In this document: piece by piece, positions 1 through 12,795 of the stretch
How the letters are laid out: each line of letters starts with the position of its first letter
Numbering within the stretch: the first letter of the stretch is position 1
DNA from: Vicugna vicugna
Taxonomy: Eukaryota
Reading direction: 5' to 3'
Assembly (NCBI GenBank): GCA_013265495.1
Contig: MU058781.1
Span: 2,830,158 to 2,894,157, forward strand
Length of the DNA: 64,000 nucleotides
Translations under genes and position numbers: made by a program
The notes under the pieces: generated by a model
Databases searched by the model: none
Told to the model about the DNA's origin: nothing
What the model saw: only the letters and a program-made list of their open reading frames with translations

Positions 1-859
1 TCCCAGTGTAAATACAGATGATGTCTCTGGGGTCATCTTCCTGAGATGGATATTTCTGTAATGAATTTTGGGACTGACCTCTAAGTACATTATATAAACA
101 GACTGACTTCACTGGAGTTGCTCTCAGGTCACAGCACTAATTTATTAGAATTTGATACACAATGAGAACTCCTGGAGGACTCATTTATTTTATTTTGATA
201 ATTTGCAAATACATACAGTGAACCCATGTACTTCATTTCAAGATTATTTTCATTGTCACTAATTGAGACAGGGAGTATCTTGCAGATACTGGTTTTAACC
301 TGTGAGATGTTAGTCCAGAATTCTGCCCTTTGCTTTAGGCTTCTATGAATAAGTGAAATAATTACTATTTTCTTGCCAAAACAGTTTGCCAGTGAATGAA
401 TGACTTATTTAATAGAACTATTCCTATGGATCCTGTGTGAGTATGATGTTACTCTTTTGCGTAGGATTGTGGCTTTTGGATTAAGCAAAGAGGTCATGAC
501 GACTTACAAGCAATAATTTTTGCTTTTATCAGCCATCTTTCTAAAACAAAACACCACGACATTTTTTTTCTGCTCAAAAACCTTTGTATTGCTGGCTCAA
601 CTATTGAAATGCTTTGTCACTTACATCTCCCTCTGTTTGATCGTTCCTGTCTATAAAACAAGCAACAGAACATACAGTATTTTTTGCACTGGAAAGTTGA
701 CTCTCCCCAGGGTGAAAATGACTTGTGTATAGTGACACAACTCATGCTCTGGGATGAGACAAACAAAAAAATTAATCTTGACTAACAGCCAGAAAAGTGG
801 AAAAATAACTGACTTTATTTAATGATGACAGAGCTAGCTTATAAGGTTAGCATGGGGTA

Positions 860-1200
860 GATACCTAGAAGATTCTGATATAACCTGGATATTTAATTTT
901 AGCAAGGCATTTGGCAAAATCTTATAATACGCTTATGGACAAAATTCACAGTGGCTGTTGCACAAGTTTACATTTAAACTGTATTAACAGAAGCATAATA
1001 TTTGTAACAAAGTACATATTGATCCCACTCAGACCCGTCTTAGTCAGAACTTTCTTGGAGTTGTGTGCTCAGTTCTGGGTACCACACTTTAAGAAGATGC
1101 TGACTACATGGATTGTATTTAGATAAGAGACACTAGAATGGTGAAAAGATTCAAACTCAAGACATTTCAAGGAAGGCAGAGTAAATTTAGAATATTTCGC
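860..1200 (+). mobile_element. CR1/L3 LINE, decayed RT-region fragments
   Basis: TTTAGCAAGGCATTTG (~898-913) encodes FSKAF, part of the CR1 RT motif YLDFSKAFD. The ORF at 911-1126 contains LELCAQFWVPHFKK, resembling CR1 LEYCVQFWAPHFKKD. Boundaries approximate. Confidence 0.75.
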
Positions 1201-1204
1201 TTAT

Positions 1205-1407
1205 AAGTCAGAACTGGGTTCGTCACATCATTTTTCTAGCTGTGTGGGAGGTCGATAATTTGTTAAACCCATCTGAATTTTAATTTCATGATATGTAAAG
1301 GGAAGATGATGATGATGATGATAAATATAATATATATAAAATAATAATAATCCTCTACCTTAAGAGGATTAAAAGACAGGCATTAAAACTACCTGGCAGA
1401 CAATAGG
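1205..1407 (+). mobile_element. MIR SINE fragment interrupted by an MLT1 LTR; contains a short (GAT)n at ~1305-1322
   Basis: MIR-like core (AGTCAGAACTGGGTTC...TAGCTGTGTG...TTTCATGATATGTAAAGGG). The tail resumes as GTAGGTACCATTA after the LTR. Confidence 0.6.
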
Positions 1408-1787
1408 TTTATGCACTGAATGTTTGCATCCCTTTAAATTCTTCGGTTGAAATCCTAATCCTCAGTGTGATGGTATTTGGAGGCAGGACCTTTGGGAAGT
1501 AACTGGATTTAGATGAGGTTATGAGTACGGCATCCTCATGATGGGATAAGTGCCCTTAGAAGAAGAGGAAGATGCATGAGACCTGTGCACACGAAGGAAA
1601 GACCATGTGAGGACACAAAGAGAAGGTGGCCATCTATAAGGCAGAAAGAGAGCCCTCCCTGAGAACCAAATCTGCTGGTGCCTTGACCCTGGATGCCCTA
1701 GATTCCAGAACTGTGAGAAAATAAACATCTGTTGCTCAAATCCAGTCTATGGTATTTTTTTCATAGCAGCCTGACCTGACTAAGATA
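1408..1787 (+). mobile_element. MaLR solo LTR, MLT1A-like
   Basis: MLT1 motifs GTTGAAATCCTAATCC, ATGATGGGATAAGTGCCCTT, CCAGAACTGTGAGAAAATAAAC and a 3' end ATAGCAGCC...GACTAAGATA. Near-matching 5-bp TSD ATAGG (1403-1407) / GTAGG (1788-1792). Confidence 0.85.
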
Positions 1788-3589
1788 GTAGGTACCATTA
1801 TTTCAAAGAATTAGAAGTAATACTGAGAAGATCCTGGGAGGTAGTTTTGCTTCACTGTAAAGAAGGGCTTTCTTGTATTCAAGGCATTCTAACAAGAGAG
1901 TGGGGGAGTAAATTCCTTCTGGCTGAAGTGTTCAGAGTCTGTATGGTAACCTGATTGATCTGTGTAACCTTTCCACCCATCTCCCTGTACTGGCTCAAAC
2001 TTTGCTGTCTCCTAGAGAACCAAAACACAAGTGAATAAGAAACCGTATAAACGGGAGGTTAATTGAAAGAAGAGCCCTAATTTCGATCTCCTATATGGGT
2101 TTGTTAATTCAGTCTTCTTGAAAGAATTTGTTCATTTATTTCTAATTTGGATGTGTTCATTTATTTTAGCCAGTTATACCTGAAAAATTACATCTTTTAA
2201 CACAGCATCAGTTACTTCCACCAATTCAAATGGCATAGACTTAAAAAGATTGTTCATTCTCTTAAACTTGGAACTCAGAAATCAGTTTTAATTGCTCCAA
2301 ACCAAACACACTGTTTTCCAATGGGGAATTATAGTCCCCAGAGAGAATAAAACTGAAATGCAAGAATGGATCATTTTCTGTTTTCAGAGACAAGATAAAA
2401 ATTCAATTTGCATATTATATTCCCTGAAAGAAATACATAAATGATCCTCTATAAAGTACAGAGAGTCCTAGTGGAACACTGGTTCTAGGTTATGGCACAT
2501 GTTTATATGCTACTAATTATATGAATCTCATTACTATTAAAAGGTAAATTGTTGCTATCTCTATGTGGACTGACTATATTTGGGGGAGCTTTTGATAATC
2601 AACCTGGGTGCTAATGAGAACTATCACGAGAATTGAGATTTGATGTGTAAAAATTAATGTGCATATAACATCCATTGTATTATATATTATAAATTTATAT
2701 ATATTAATAAACTAAAGCATGTTCCTAACTAATAGACTAAAGAGAGGCAACATGATTTTTTTCAAGGTTTTTTTTATCACTTTGTTAAATGCAATAGGAA
2801 GGAAGATTCTAAAACATGGCTGAAGTTAGGAGTCATTGAAACCTAAAAGGAATAGACATTCACATTTCTCTCTGGACAAAAATTTGTTTTCAAGTACAAC
2901 AAGTATTTTCAAAGTTTTGGGAACTTTATCCAGAAATCAAGATAAATTCACCAACGGGTTTTGTTATAAATTATATGAGATGGGTATAATTAGATGAAAT
3001 TTCTCTATAACAGACTCATTGTATTTTCCTCCTCAAACAGGAATTGATTGAAAAATCATTTGAGACATCCCTTGTCTGACAAGTTGGTCTCTCCAAAGAA
3101 ATTTTTAAAATTCTTCAAGATTTGCTGAGCTAGGTATCTCAAGTGCCTCGGGTAAGAAGAATCATTCTTAGGTATGAATAGATAAAGTAAATTATGTCTT
3201 AACCTGTTCTACATATTTTGCAAATACATCAATCATTTCCTCAGAAAGCATTTGAAAATTGGAATAAAATTCTTGTGAGCATTATATAAAACCTATGGTT
3301 ATGTTATTTTTCTTGCCAATTTCCTTACATGTTAAGCAAAACTATTTTAATCAAATCAAAAGAGGAATTTGTTCTCACTTTCACAGGTGCCTTAGGGCAC
3401 TAAAAGTGACTCATTTTGACGCTTGCAGATGTATGTAATACTTCTCCAAATTCAAAAGTGATCTTGAGTTTAGAAAAGCTAAATACTTTCCTCAAGTGTA
3501 CAAAGATGATAAGTGGTAGAGCTGGGACTCAAGCCCAAGTGAGATTGCCTAGAAACACTCTCTGTTTTTCTCAAGACACACTATCTCTT

Positions 3590-4050
3590 CCTGGGAAACA
3601 TTTCCACCCCTTTGCTGACCTCATTCTCTCCATTTAACTTTTATCAGAGCTCTCTGGGGCTCTGGACAGGACCTTCTTCTCTTGGTGTACTCTTTACCAA
3701 GACAACCTCATTCATTCTCACATACACAAGTATCCCCTGAATGTTGACAGTTCTCAATTTTCATGCCTAGTCCAAACATCTCTTTTGAGTTCTAGATTTA
3801 TACATCCAAATATCTTAGAGTCAGTTCATAATGGACATTTAAAACGCTTACTTTCTTTGCAAACTAAAATGTACCATCTCCAATTTTTCCATCTCAGTAA
3901 ATGGCACCTTCACCCACACTCTTGCTCATGACATGGACCAATGAGTTGTCATTGATTTGTCTGTGTCTCCACATTCAACCTACCTCCTAACTATGTTCTG
4001 CTGAAATATTTCCTAAATATCCTTGGAGTCCCTTACTTCTCTCCATCTCC
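3590..4050 (+). mobile_element. L2 LINE fragment
   Basis: Pyrimidine-rich L2-like stretches, e.g. TTCCATCTCAGTAAATGGCACC and CCTTACTTCTCTCCATCTCC. Boundaries approximate. Confidence 0.65.
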
Positions 4051-4653
4051 TGATGAGGAGGACCAGAAACTTGGCTGGTGAATCAAAAAAGCCAAATGGA
4101 TAAAATCTCATCATAAAGAAAGGTGCAATGGTTTCTACCTCCTATTTTCTGGAAAACTATGCACATGTATTTACTCATTTCTTTTGATAACTTCCCTTCT
4201 TTTCTTTAAAAAATTTAGAACTATCTTTAACTTTATGCAGGCAAGAGTAATTTAAGAGTTTCTCATCTCAATGCCTCTTCTCCTTTTTCTATATGGCATT
4301 TTCTATGTTTTCTAGAGGACCCTTCAATCCTCACTGGGGTTTTATGTGCTCATTTATTCCTCCAAAGACTTCTATTTGCCTAGTCAGTCCTCAAGTTCTT
4401 GTTCCCTCGGGACTGCATTTTTTATTAGCATTGGTTATTTTATTTCAAGATTTTTCTTATTATAAAAAATATTATGAAGTTGTATTCTTCTATTCTAGAG
4501 AAAGAAGAGGGAAAAAAGAGATATTAGCAGTTCTAAGTCCCAGGATTTTGCCACAGAAGGAACACACTATACTCAAATATTGATACAGTTGTGGTCGGTC
4601 AGAACTATGTTAGAGCTTGTTACTGGGGTTAACCTGGGGTTAATAACAGTACC

Positions 4654-5120
4654 TGTGATAGGCTGGATAGTTTCACCACCCCCACCCTTGCCAAGATAAC
4701 CATGTCCTAATCCTTGAAACCACTGACTGTTACATAGCAAAGACTCTGAAGATGTGATTGAATGATGTTAAGATGGGGAGATTACCTACAATTATCTGAA
4801 TGGGCCTTAAATGCAATCATAAGCATCCTTACCAGAGTAAGGGAGGGAGATTATAGTCAGAAGATGAAATATCAGTCTGACCACTTACGCAGAGACTGGA
4901 GTGATGCAGCCACAGCCAGAGAAGATGGTGGGAAGAGGCAAGGAACAGACTTTCCCCCAGGACCTCTGCAGGGAGTTGTGGCTCTGCTGGCTCCTTGATT
5001 CCAGCCCATGAAACTGATTTTATACTTCAGACCTCTGAAATGGTGAGATGATAAATTTCTGTTGTTTTAAGACATCAAGTTTGTAGTAATTTGTTACAGC
5101 AGCCCTGGGAAACTCATACA
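4654..5120 (+). mobile_element. MaLR solo LTR, MLT1D-like
   Basis: TG...CA termini, internal GATGGGGAGATTA and GGGCCTTAAATGCAATCA, and a 3' end TTTGTAGTAATTTGTTACAGCAGCC...AACTCATACA. Confidence 0.85.
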
Positions 5121-5439
5121 ATCCCCATGTCATAGGGCTTGCCAAGAATCAGCACAGTGACTGAAACATAGTTAAGTTCTCAGGTTTTATTTGTTGCTAT
5201 TATTATCTAAACCACCCAAGTTAGTGAGAATCCGTCCTACCTTTAACAGTCTCCAGGAAAATAAGAGGCTCCTTTTCCTCAGAGAGAAGGAGAATTTGAA
5301 CAACCCTTCCACTTGCCAGCCAATAATGGTCATTTGGAGTTTGTTGTGTGCAAAATGTTATAGATGGGTTTTGTTAATTACATTGTTATACGGAGAAAAT
5401 ATTCTTTCATCACATTATTTTGGCTCTTGCAGCATTATA

Positions 5440-5610
5440 TTCTAGCTTTCGCTACAGCACTTATTTTACCTTTCAATTTATTTATGTTCATATGTCAAAA
5501 CTCCTAAGGGTGGGAACTCCCTGTAATTTGGCTTTATATTCCTGGCACAAAGCAGAGTATCTGGCACATAGTAGGCACTTCATTTTGAATGACTAACTGA
5601 TGGACTGACC
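5440..5610 (+). mobile_element. L2 3' terminal fragment
   Basis: CTGGCACATAGTAGGCACTT...TGAATGA, the characteristic L2 3' end. Confidence 0.7.
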
Positions 5611-5789
5611 AAGTGAACAGATTCAGATTTTCAGTTCATCTAATTCAAATAGAGGTCCAGAATGAAGGAACAAGACCACCAACAGATAAAATAGTAACTG
5701 TCTTTTTGGACACTTGGAATGGAAAAGACTCAACCAAACCTCTGCTCAATCTGCTTCTATTTTCTCCTCTATAAAATAGGGGATTCAAC

Positions 5790-7780
5790 AGTTTTGCCAC
5801 ACAAAGGCTATTTATGGAATATCCAGGGTCAGGCATTATTCTAGGATGGGAATATAGCAGTAAATAAGACAACAAGATTTTTCATCTCATGAAACTTCAA
5901 TATAGTAGGGGAAGACAGGAAATAAACAAATAAAAATATGTTAAGTAGTGCTAGTAATTTGGTAAGGATTAAGCAAGATAATATGACAGAGTTCTAACTA
6001 AAACCTGAATAACGAGGAAGAGACAGCCATGCAACAGTCTGGGGTAAATCATTCTAGGCAGTGGAAGAAACCAGTGCGCAGGCTTTAAGACAGTAAACTC
6101 TTTGTATTCTTCAGAGAAGAAAGGAAGCAAGTATGGCTGGAGATGACAGGGCAGAGATAAGCTTAGTACAAGATGACAACAGAGAGGGGCCAGATCAGGT
6201 AAGGTCTTGAAGAGTAGCATAGACAGATTGTGTAACTGTTATTCTTTAAAGCTCTGGACTTGAGCAGAGGACCAGCTTAAACGGGGCTATTTATTTTTTG
6301 AGGTCATTATTTGTAAGCGTGGGCTGCAGTGAAAGCAGGAACACCAGATGGCACATCACTGCAGAGGTCAGGATGGGAGAAGATGGTCCAGATGGAGAAG
6401 ATGCTGAGGGCTCCCATTAGGGTGGTAGCAGTCAGGATGAAAGAAAGTGGACAGATCTGAAATCCCTTTTAAAAGTAGAGTTGACAAGACTTGTTTACAC
6501 GCTTATTGAATACAGGGATTAAGGAAAGAGAGGACTCAAGAATGACTCCTACATTATCTTCAGTAACTGGGAGAATTGTGGGATATTTACTGATAGGAAG
6601 GAAACTGGGAGAGAAATCAGGTTGCAGGGTGGGAATCACAACTTCTGTTTTGAGGTTCCTATTGGGCATTTGACGATATGTCAAGTGGGCAATCATATAA
6701 GCAAAGTGATGTTCAGAGTTGGTCATGGCTGGATATAACATTTGGGAATAAATAATATATAGATGGGTATTAGTTTCCTAGGGATGCAATAACAAAGTAC
6801 CCCCCCCCCAAAATGGACAGTGTAACACATCAGGAATTTATTGCCTCACAGTTCTGGAGGCTTGAAGTCAAGGATCAAGGTGTTGACAAGGTGTTGACAA
6901 GGATCAAGTCTCCAGAGGACAATCTGTTCTGTGCTTCTCTCAGAGCTTCTGGTGTCATCGGCAATCTTTGGCATTCCTTGGCCTGCTGCTGCATAAGTCC
7001 AATCTCTACCTCTGTCTTCACATGGCACTCTTCTCCCTGTCCTTTTCTGTGTCCAAATTTCTCTCTTATTGGATTAAAGTCCCTCATAATGATCTCATCT
7101 CATCTTATCTTGATTACAGCTATAAAGATATATTTCCAAATAAGGTCATATTCATAGGGACTAGGGGTTAGAACTTCAACGTCTTTGGGGGGAACACAAT
7201 TCAACTCACAACAGATGGTCTTTGAAGCCATGAGACTAGATGAGGTCATTCGGGAGATTAGATAGAGAAAAGGTCCAAAGATTTGGCCCTGGAGTGCTCC
7301 AACATTAAGAGGCTAAACATAGGAGGAAGAAACATGAGATCTTTGTAGAGGAATACTAGGAGAGTCTGGTGTCCTAAAAGATGAGAGATGAGTGTTTCAA
7401 GGAGATAGTAGTTAAAGGATTTTTGTCAATCAAAAAATACGAAGTCATGGGATTCTACACTATGGGAAGTTGATTTTACAACAAAGAGAATTCAAGTGCG
7501 GGAGCTACACCTTTTCGAAGCTGAGATGGGCTGGAACTCCATCCTTTGACATATTTCTGATCTTGGACCAGGAGGCAAGGCAGACTTGCTGGATCCACAA
7601 GCAGGGGGTTTAAGGTATGATGATGAAAAGGAGTTTCCTTCTGAATCCTACAGTTTCCTCTGTAATGTGAGAGGCAAGGCCATTCATGAGTGGCAGGAAC
7701 AGGGGTGTGTATGTGACATGAATAGCGGGGTGAAGGTGTGAAAGACAATTTGAAGAGTGGGAAAGTGAAAATACTAACCG
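5790..7780 (-). mobile_element. Long L2 LINE segment interrupted by an MLT1 LTR
   Basis: Typical antisense L2 purine-rich sequence (TTTTAAAAGTAGAGTTGACAAGACTTG; GAAGCCATGAGACTAGATGAG). The minus ORF 7610-7831 contains NGLASHITEETVGFRRKL, resembling L2 ORF2 DDLASYFTEKIEAIRREL. Confidence 0.8.
6767..7213 (-). mobile_element. MaLR solo LTR, MLT1C-like, nested in L2
   Basis: Starts GTATTAGTTTCCTAGGG, contains CTCACAGTTCTGGAGGCTTGAAGTC, ends CACAATTCAACTCACAACA. Exact 5-bp TSD GATGG at 6762-6766 and 7214-7218. Confidence 0.9.
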
Positions 7781-8274
7781 TCTATTGATATATAAGATAG
7801 CTTCCTTTTTGAGTTCCATGATACCAACCAATGATAGTTAACACACACACATACACACCTCTGTGTTTTCTCAGAGTTACTTATTAAAATTGATTTTTAA
7901 GCATACTTTAAGTATTAAAGATTTTGATACTGGCTACTTGTCATGTTGTTACACTTTTTATAGTCTACTGTTTGCTTCTTGATTTGGGTGGGGTTTCTTT
8001 GGCTTTAATTTTTCATGTTGTCAAAATCACCCTTCTTTGTGACCTTCCTGATTATTTTTATGCATAGAAAGTCCCTCCCTCAGAAAAGCATTACAGCTTC
8101 AGGTTAACCTGTCACCATTTCTAAGACTTTCCTGGTTTATGGTCCTCTTGTCCACTGTCTTGCTCATCATGGTCCTAACCCTTGTCCACATCTACAACTG
8201 AGTATCAAGCAGCTTAGATCTGCATGACTATGGGTTGTGACACATTGCCAGACCTCAAATTAATAATCAAGTAT

Positions 8275-9717
8275 TTGAAACTCTAAATTTTTCCTGTAAT
8301 TGAATATTCAATTCTCATATGGATTCCTTAGTTTTTCAGCTAAGAGTCCATTGAGTTAGAAGTCGGCAACAAAGTAAAGCAGGAGGTGAAAAGAAGGTAC
8401 ATCCAGTGAATGAGTGGAGGTTTGTCTGTTTTTACCATGGGAACCGGCTGTCAGGTGCCTGGAGCAGAAAGAGAAAAGCCCTGGAAGAAATTTAGAGGTC
8501 AAGCAGAAAGCTCTGCCCCCTGGTCTCAATGAACATCCTCAGGCTGGAAGGGTATTTTGCTCTCAAGATTTGAGAGACTCTCCAGAGATTTTCCTTGGGC
8601 CTGTATAATGGCCTGAGATCTCCTTGTCACATATGAGTTGTCACTCCTGGCTTGGGAAGAGTGAGCCTGCCCCTGTGATTTTAAGTTGGATGCTAAAGGA
8701 AGAATGTGGGAGCAAGTCAGCATAAAGCATGTTGCCTAGACAAGAACATTCCTACCAGGTTGTGAAGCAGCAAGTTGATACCTCCTTTCAGTTTAGGAAT
8801 TCATGAAATAACTGACATTTAGTGAGCACCTAGTTTGTGCCAAGCATCATCATAGAAATGGGAACCCTGGCTTGTGTAACTGAGTTTGCCTGAATCAGAC
8901 ACTCACTGTTTCAAAAGAAGAACTAACTGCTCCATAGTTTGCAGACTGTGAATACCCAAATTCCTTTACTGTTCTTGTTAGATAGATCAACACTCAACTG
9001 TCTCATAATTATATTTACCCAATGTCCAGCCATTTGTCTCTGTTCATATAATAATAATAATAATTATTGCTATTATTACACTCTTTCTCTTACTCTCTTT
9101 CTCTCCCTCACACACACAAACAGAGAACATACTTCATACCTGGCTTTCAAACACCAGGGTGCTCTGTACTCTTACCACATTACTGATAAAATGCACAACT
9201 CCTGCCCTTTGTTTTTGCAGATTTAGCAGCTCTAGGGTGTTTATGGTCTACTGTCACGTACAATTTTCTTTCTTTTGTGAAGTAATTGAAATGGAGTCAT
9301 GACTCAACCTTTACTGAAACAGCACATTGTGAGGCTGACAGATTTGGAAAACCCTGAAACTCCAACCCTAACTGAAGCTGTCTTTCTGGTCTCTTACTCT
9401 ATTATCCCTCCCATCAGTTGTTGTCTGTGCTTGGAGACTCTTTTCCCTACTTAATTCGCTGCATGACTAGTTGTAATGAGGAGCCTAAGCAAATTGTGCA
9501 TTGGAAATGAGAAAAAAATAGCGTTCAGTCTTCAGAGTAAATTAGTTAAAAAGTAAGGAGATTCTTACATCAGAATTTCTGCATCTGAAATATTGGATGA
9601 GATCAGAGTCCTAGGAAACAAAATGATTTTAGACTCCCTGGATTATGACTGATCAGAGTGTATGCAGATCCATATGAGAATTGAATATTCAATTACAGGA
9701 AGAATTTAGAGTTTCAA
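8275..9717. repeat. 50-bp inverted repeat pair (arms 8275-8324 and 9668-9717)
   Basis: Arm 2 equals the reverse complement of arm 1 at 49/50 positions (checked base by base). Confidence 0.95.
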
Positions 9718-11825
9718 GAGGTTTTTGTTAAATATTAATCTGGCTCTAAAGGTTGTGAGTTTTAATTTTTCTATTGATGAAACCCCATTGCTTATGTGCA
9801 CCTCATCATTACTCTAAACTTTCATTTTTCATAAAAAAGAAATGGAGATCCTGAGAGGGTGAGCCTGAGTGTAACTTTAGGATACAGTGAGCTCTGGAAT
9901 TGGATTTGAGGGCTCCTGGGATGTAGAACTGGAAATCCCAAGTCAGAGGTAGCATCTGCTCAGGCTCCATTTTTCTCATCATCCCAGCCAGGTGCCATTC
10001 CGTGGTGATGTCCCAGTGAGCATCAGGTCCCTGACTGCCTGACTGCTTGAGGAGTTCTCAATTCAGGAATCTTTTTTCTTACAATACAAGGTTAGATTCA
10101 TCATATATAATGCCAACTAATCCTTTGTGACTTTCATCCCTACATCCTCCCCTGTCCCTTTGTCTCCCTACCTTCCCTCTCCCATTCCCACAGCCCATCT
10201 CTCCTCACTGAGGAAGGGAATCTTTCTGGCCAGGGTACCAAGATATTGAGTCTCTGATCTGCTTCTTTGATGACAGTGCCTTGATTTTGCCTTGATATCT
10301 CTCAGACACTTCTCTAGTTCTTACTGTCGATGTCAGAACTCTCTGCGACCTTTGGAATTGGCTGGAAGTCTGATTTTTTTCAGTAAAATCATGTGCTCTC
10401 CTCTCCAGAAACAGTGCTATGCTGGTGCCTTTCTGTGAGCTCTGTGCTGTCCTATGTCGGTTCTGATTCCGCCAAGCACAGCGCTCCTCTCTGCACTGAA
10501 GGCTGCACTTCTTTTCTTGCTTTTTTGGCACTGTAAGGGAATGTTCCTAAATGTGCAGCCTCTGAGGGATTCCACCCTGGGCCACACGCCGATGACTTCA
10601 CTCATCACATTCCTAATTCTCTCTGGGCCCATCCTCATTGTTTTTAGATTTTTTCTCGCCTCTGGTCCCACTGAGCAGATCCTGCCTCTGCAGGCTGCCT
10701 GACCAGAGTCCATACCGAGCAGGTTGGCCTCAGAACCCTGGAAGCCACATATGGACTCTCAGATCTCTGAGGTCTTTTTGTAGCTCCATTGACTGCTCTC
10801 AGCAGGCTGAAAGGGCTATTTGTCTTGTGGTTTTGAGAGAAAAGAAATAGCTTCTTGGCAGTCAGACAGCATGAAGACTTGCTCTCCAGTGAAGCACAGA
10901 TTCTCAGTCCATAGTCTTTTCCTGCTCCCAATTTCAAACACTTCTCCAATGCCTGATATACAGACCGGGTTCCTTCCATGGAACCTGGTGTGCTAGCTGG
11001 GTCTGCAACAGAAAGCTTTAGCTCTTTCTTGCCTGCTATAGGGGCAAAACTCATCAATGGATCCTTATTTTCGTAAGTTTTAATTCAGCCTAATTTGGAA
11101 AGCCATTATGATGGGAACAAATAACTAAATACCATTCTCTCATAGGGCAAAATATTGTCCCAGATCCCAGAGCAAGAAGATGTGACCCTTACCGTTAGGC
11201 ACATAAATGTCCTTACAAACACATATAGTAAAAGACACACACATATACAATATACCATGTAAAGGCTAAACACACACTCCACAACACTCATTCACACACA
11301 CAATGTGACTGCAGCAGTGAAGTATAAGGATTATTCTCAAAATAACCATTTTGAATTTAACCAAGTTTCTTTTTTTTGAAATTGAACTTTAAGTTTTAAA
11401 TACTGCCTAATCATGCTTTCCCCAATTCCCCTGCATAGACAGATTTGTTTCAAGTCTTCCTAAGGCATATGTGATTCCCAGCTATTTACTCTAGAAGACC
11501 TGACCCTCTTCTCTTGTGATGCTGTTTCAGTCGATACATGTTCACCAGAGAAGCATAAAGTACAACTCCAGATTTAATGAGCTACTCTAGGACCATTTCT
11601 CTTAGATTCCTACCCCAAATAAGTGGTTCTGCTCTCCTTGTCCCACAATCATTAGCACTTTGTACATTTTGTAATACATCAGTATAGGATTGTACTATTT
11701 GTATACAGAATTATCCACAAGTAATACTGTGAACTCCTTAGAAGATGCCGTTCTTAGTCATCTCCGTGGTCCCAGCACTTTTCACAGTGCCTGAACATGA
11801 GAGACACTTAATAGGTTTCCACTGA

Positions 11826-12795
11826 TATACAAATGGCCAACAGATATATAAAAAGGTACTTAACATCACTACTCATTGGAGTAATGCAAGTCAAAACTAT
11901 AATGAGCTATTATCTCACACCTGTTAATCTGGCTATTATCAAGAAGCCAAGAGATGAGGATATGGAGAAAAGGAAACTCTTAGGGACTGTTGGTGGGAAT
12001 GTAAATTGGTATAGTCATTATAGAAAACAGTAGGATAGCTCCTCAAAAACTTAAAATTGAGGTACCATGCAATCCAGCAATTTCACTTCTGCATATATAT
12101 CTGAAAGAATTGAAATCAGTATCTAGAAGAGCTCTCAGCACACCCATGTTCACTGCAGCATTATTCACAACAGCCAGGATATGGAAACAACCTAACATCC
12201 TTGGATGCATGAATGGATAAACAAAATATGATATTTTATATATGTATAGATACACTTTATATATAAATTATATACATACAGTGGAATATTATTGAGTTAT
12301 AAAAAGAAGGAAATCTTGCCATTTGTGACAAAAATGGAAGATTTTATGCTAAGTGAAATAAGTCAGACAGAGAAACACATACTGTATGTTTTCAGTTATG
12401 TGTGGAATTTAAAACCTAAAAAAAGAAGTTGATTTTATAGGAAAAAAAGAATAGAATGGTAGTTGCCAGAGGTTGGGGAGAGGGTCATAGGGTGATAGGT
12501 CAAAGGGTACACATTTTTAGTTATAGGAAGAATAAGTTCTGAAGATCTAATGTACAGTATGGTGACTATAGTTAATAATATGATGTTGTATACTTGAATG
12601 TTGCCAAGAGTAGGTCTTAAGCCTCCTCACCACATACACAAAATAAAAGTTAATTATGTGAAGTGATGGATGTGATAATTATCTTGATCTTGGTAAACTT
12701 TCCACAATGTATATGTATATCAAATCATCAAGTTGTACACTTAAAATATGTACAATTAGATTTGTCAAAAATGTATAAATAAATTAGTAAATACA
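11826..12795 (+). mobile_element. 5'-truncated L1 (L1MA-like) with ORF2 C-terminus and 3' UTR
   Basis: The ORF 11833-12033 (MANRYIKRYLTSLLI...GTVGGNVNWY) is decayed L1 ORF2 C-terminus, followed by a typical 3' UTR. TSD TTTCCACTGA at 11816-11825 and 12796-12805. Confidence 0.92.

Noticed and set aside
911..1126. 71-aa ORF
   Set aside because: Decayed CR1/L3 reverse-transcriptase fragment.
6869..6908. Short CAAGGTGTTGA / TCAAGGATCAAG duplications
   Set aside because: Minor slippage events within an MLT1 LTR.
8275..9717. Interpretation of the 50-bp inverted arms as TIRs of an intact DNA transposon
   Set aside because: No target-site duplication, termini unlike the hAT or Tc1/mariner ends I know, and no transposase ORF inside. 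Kept only as an unexplained inverted repeat.
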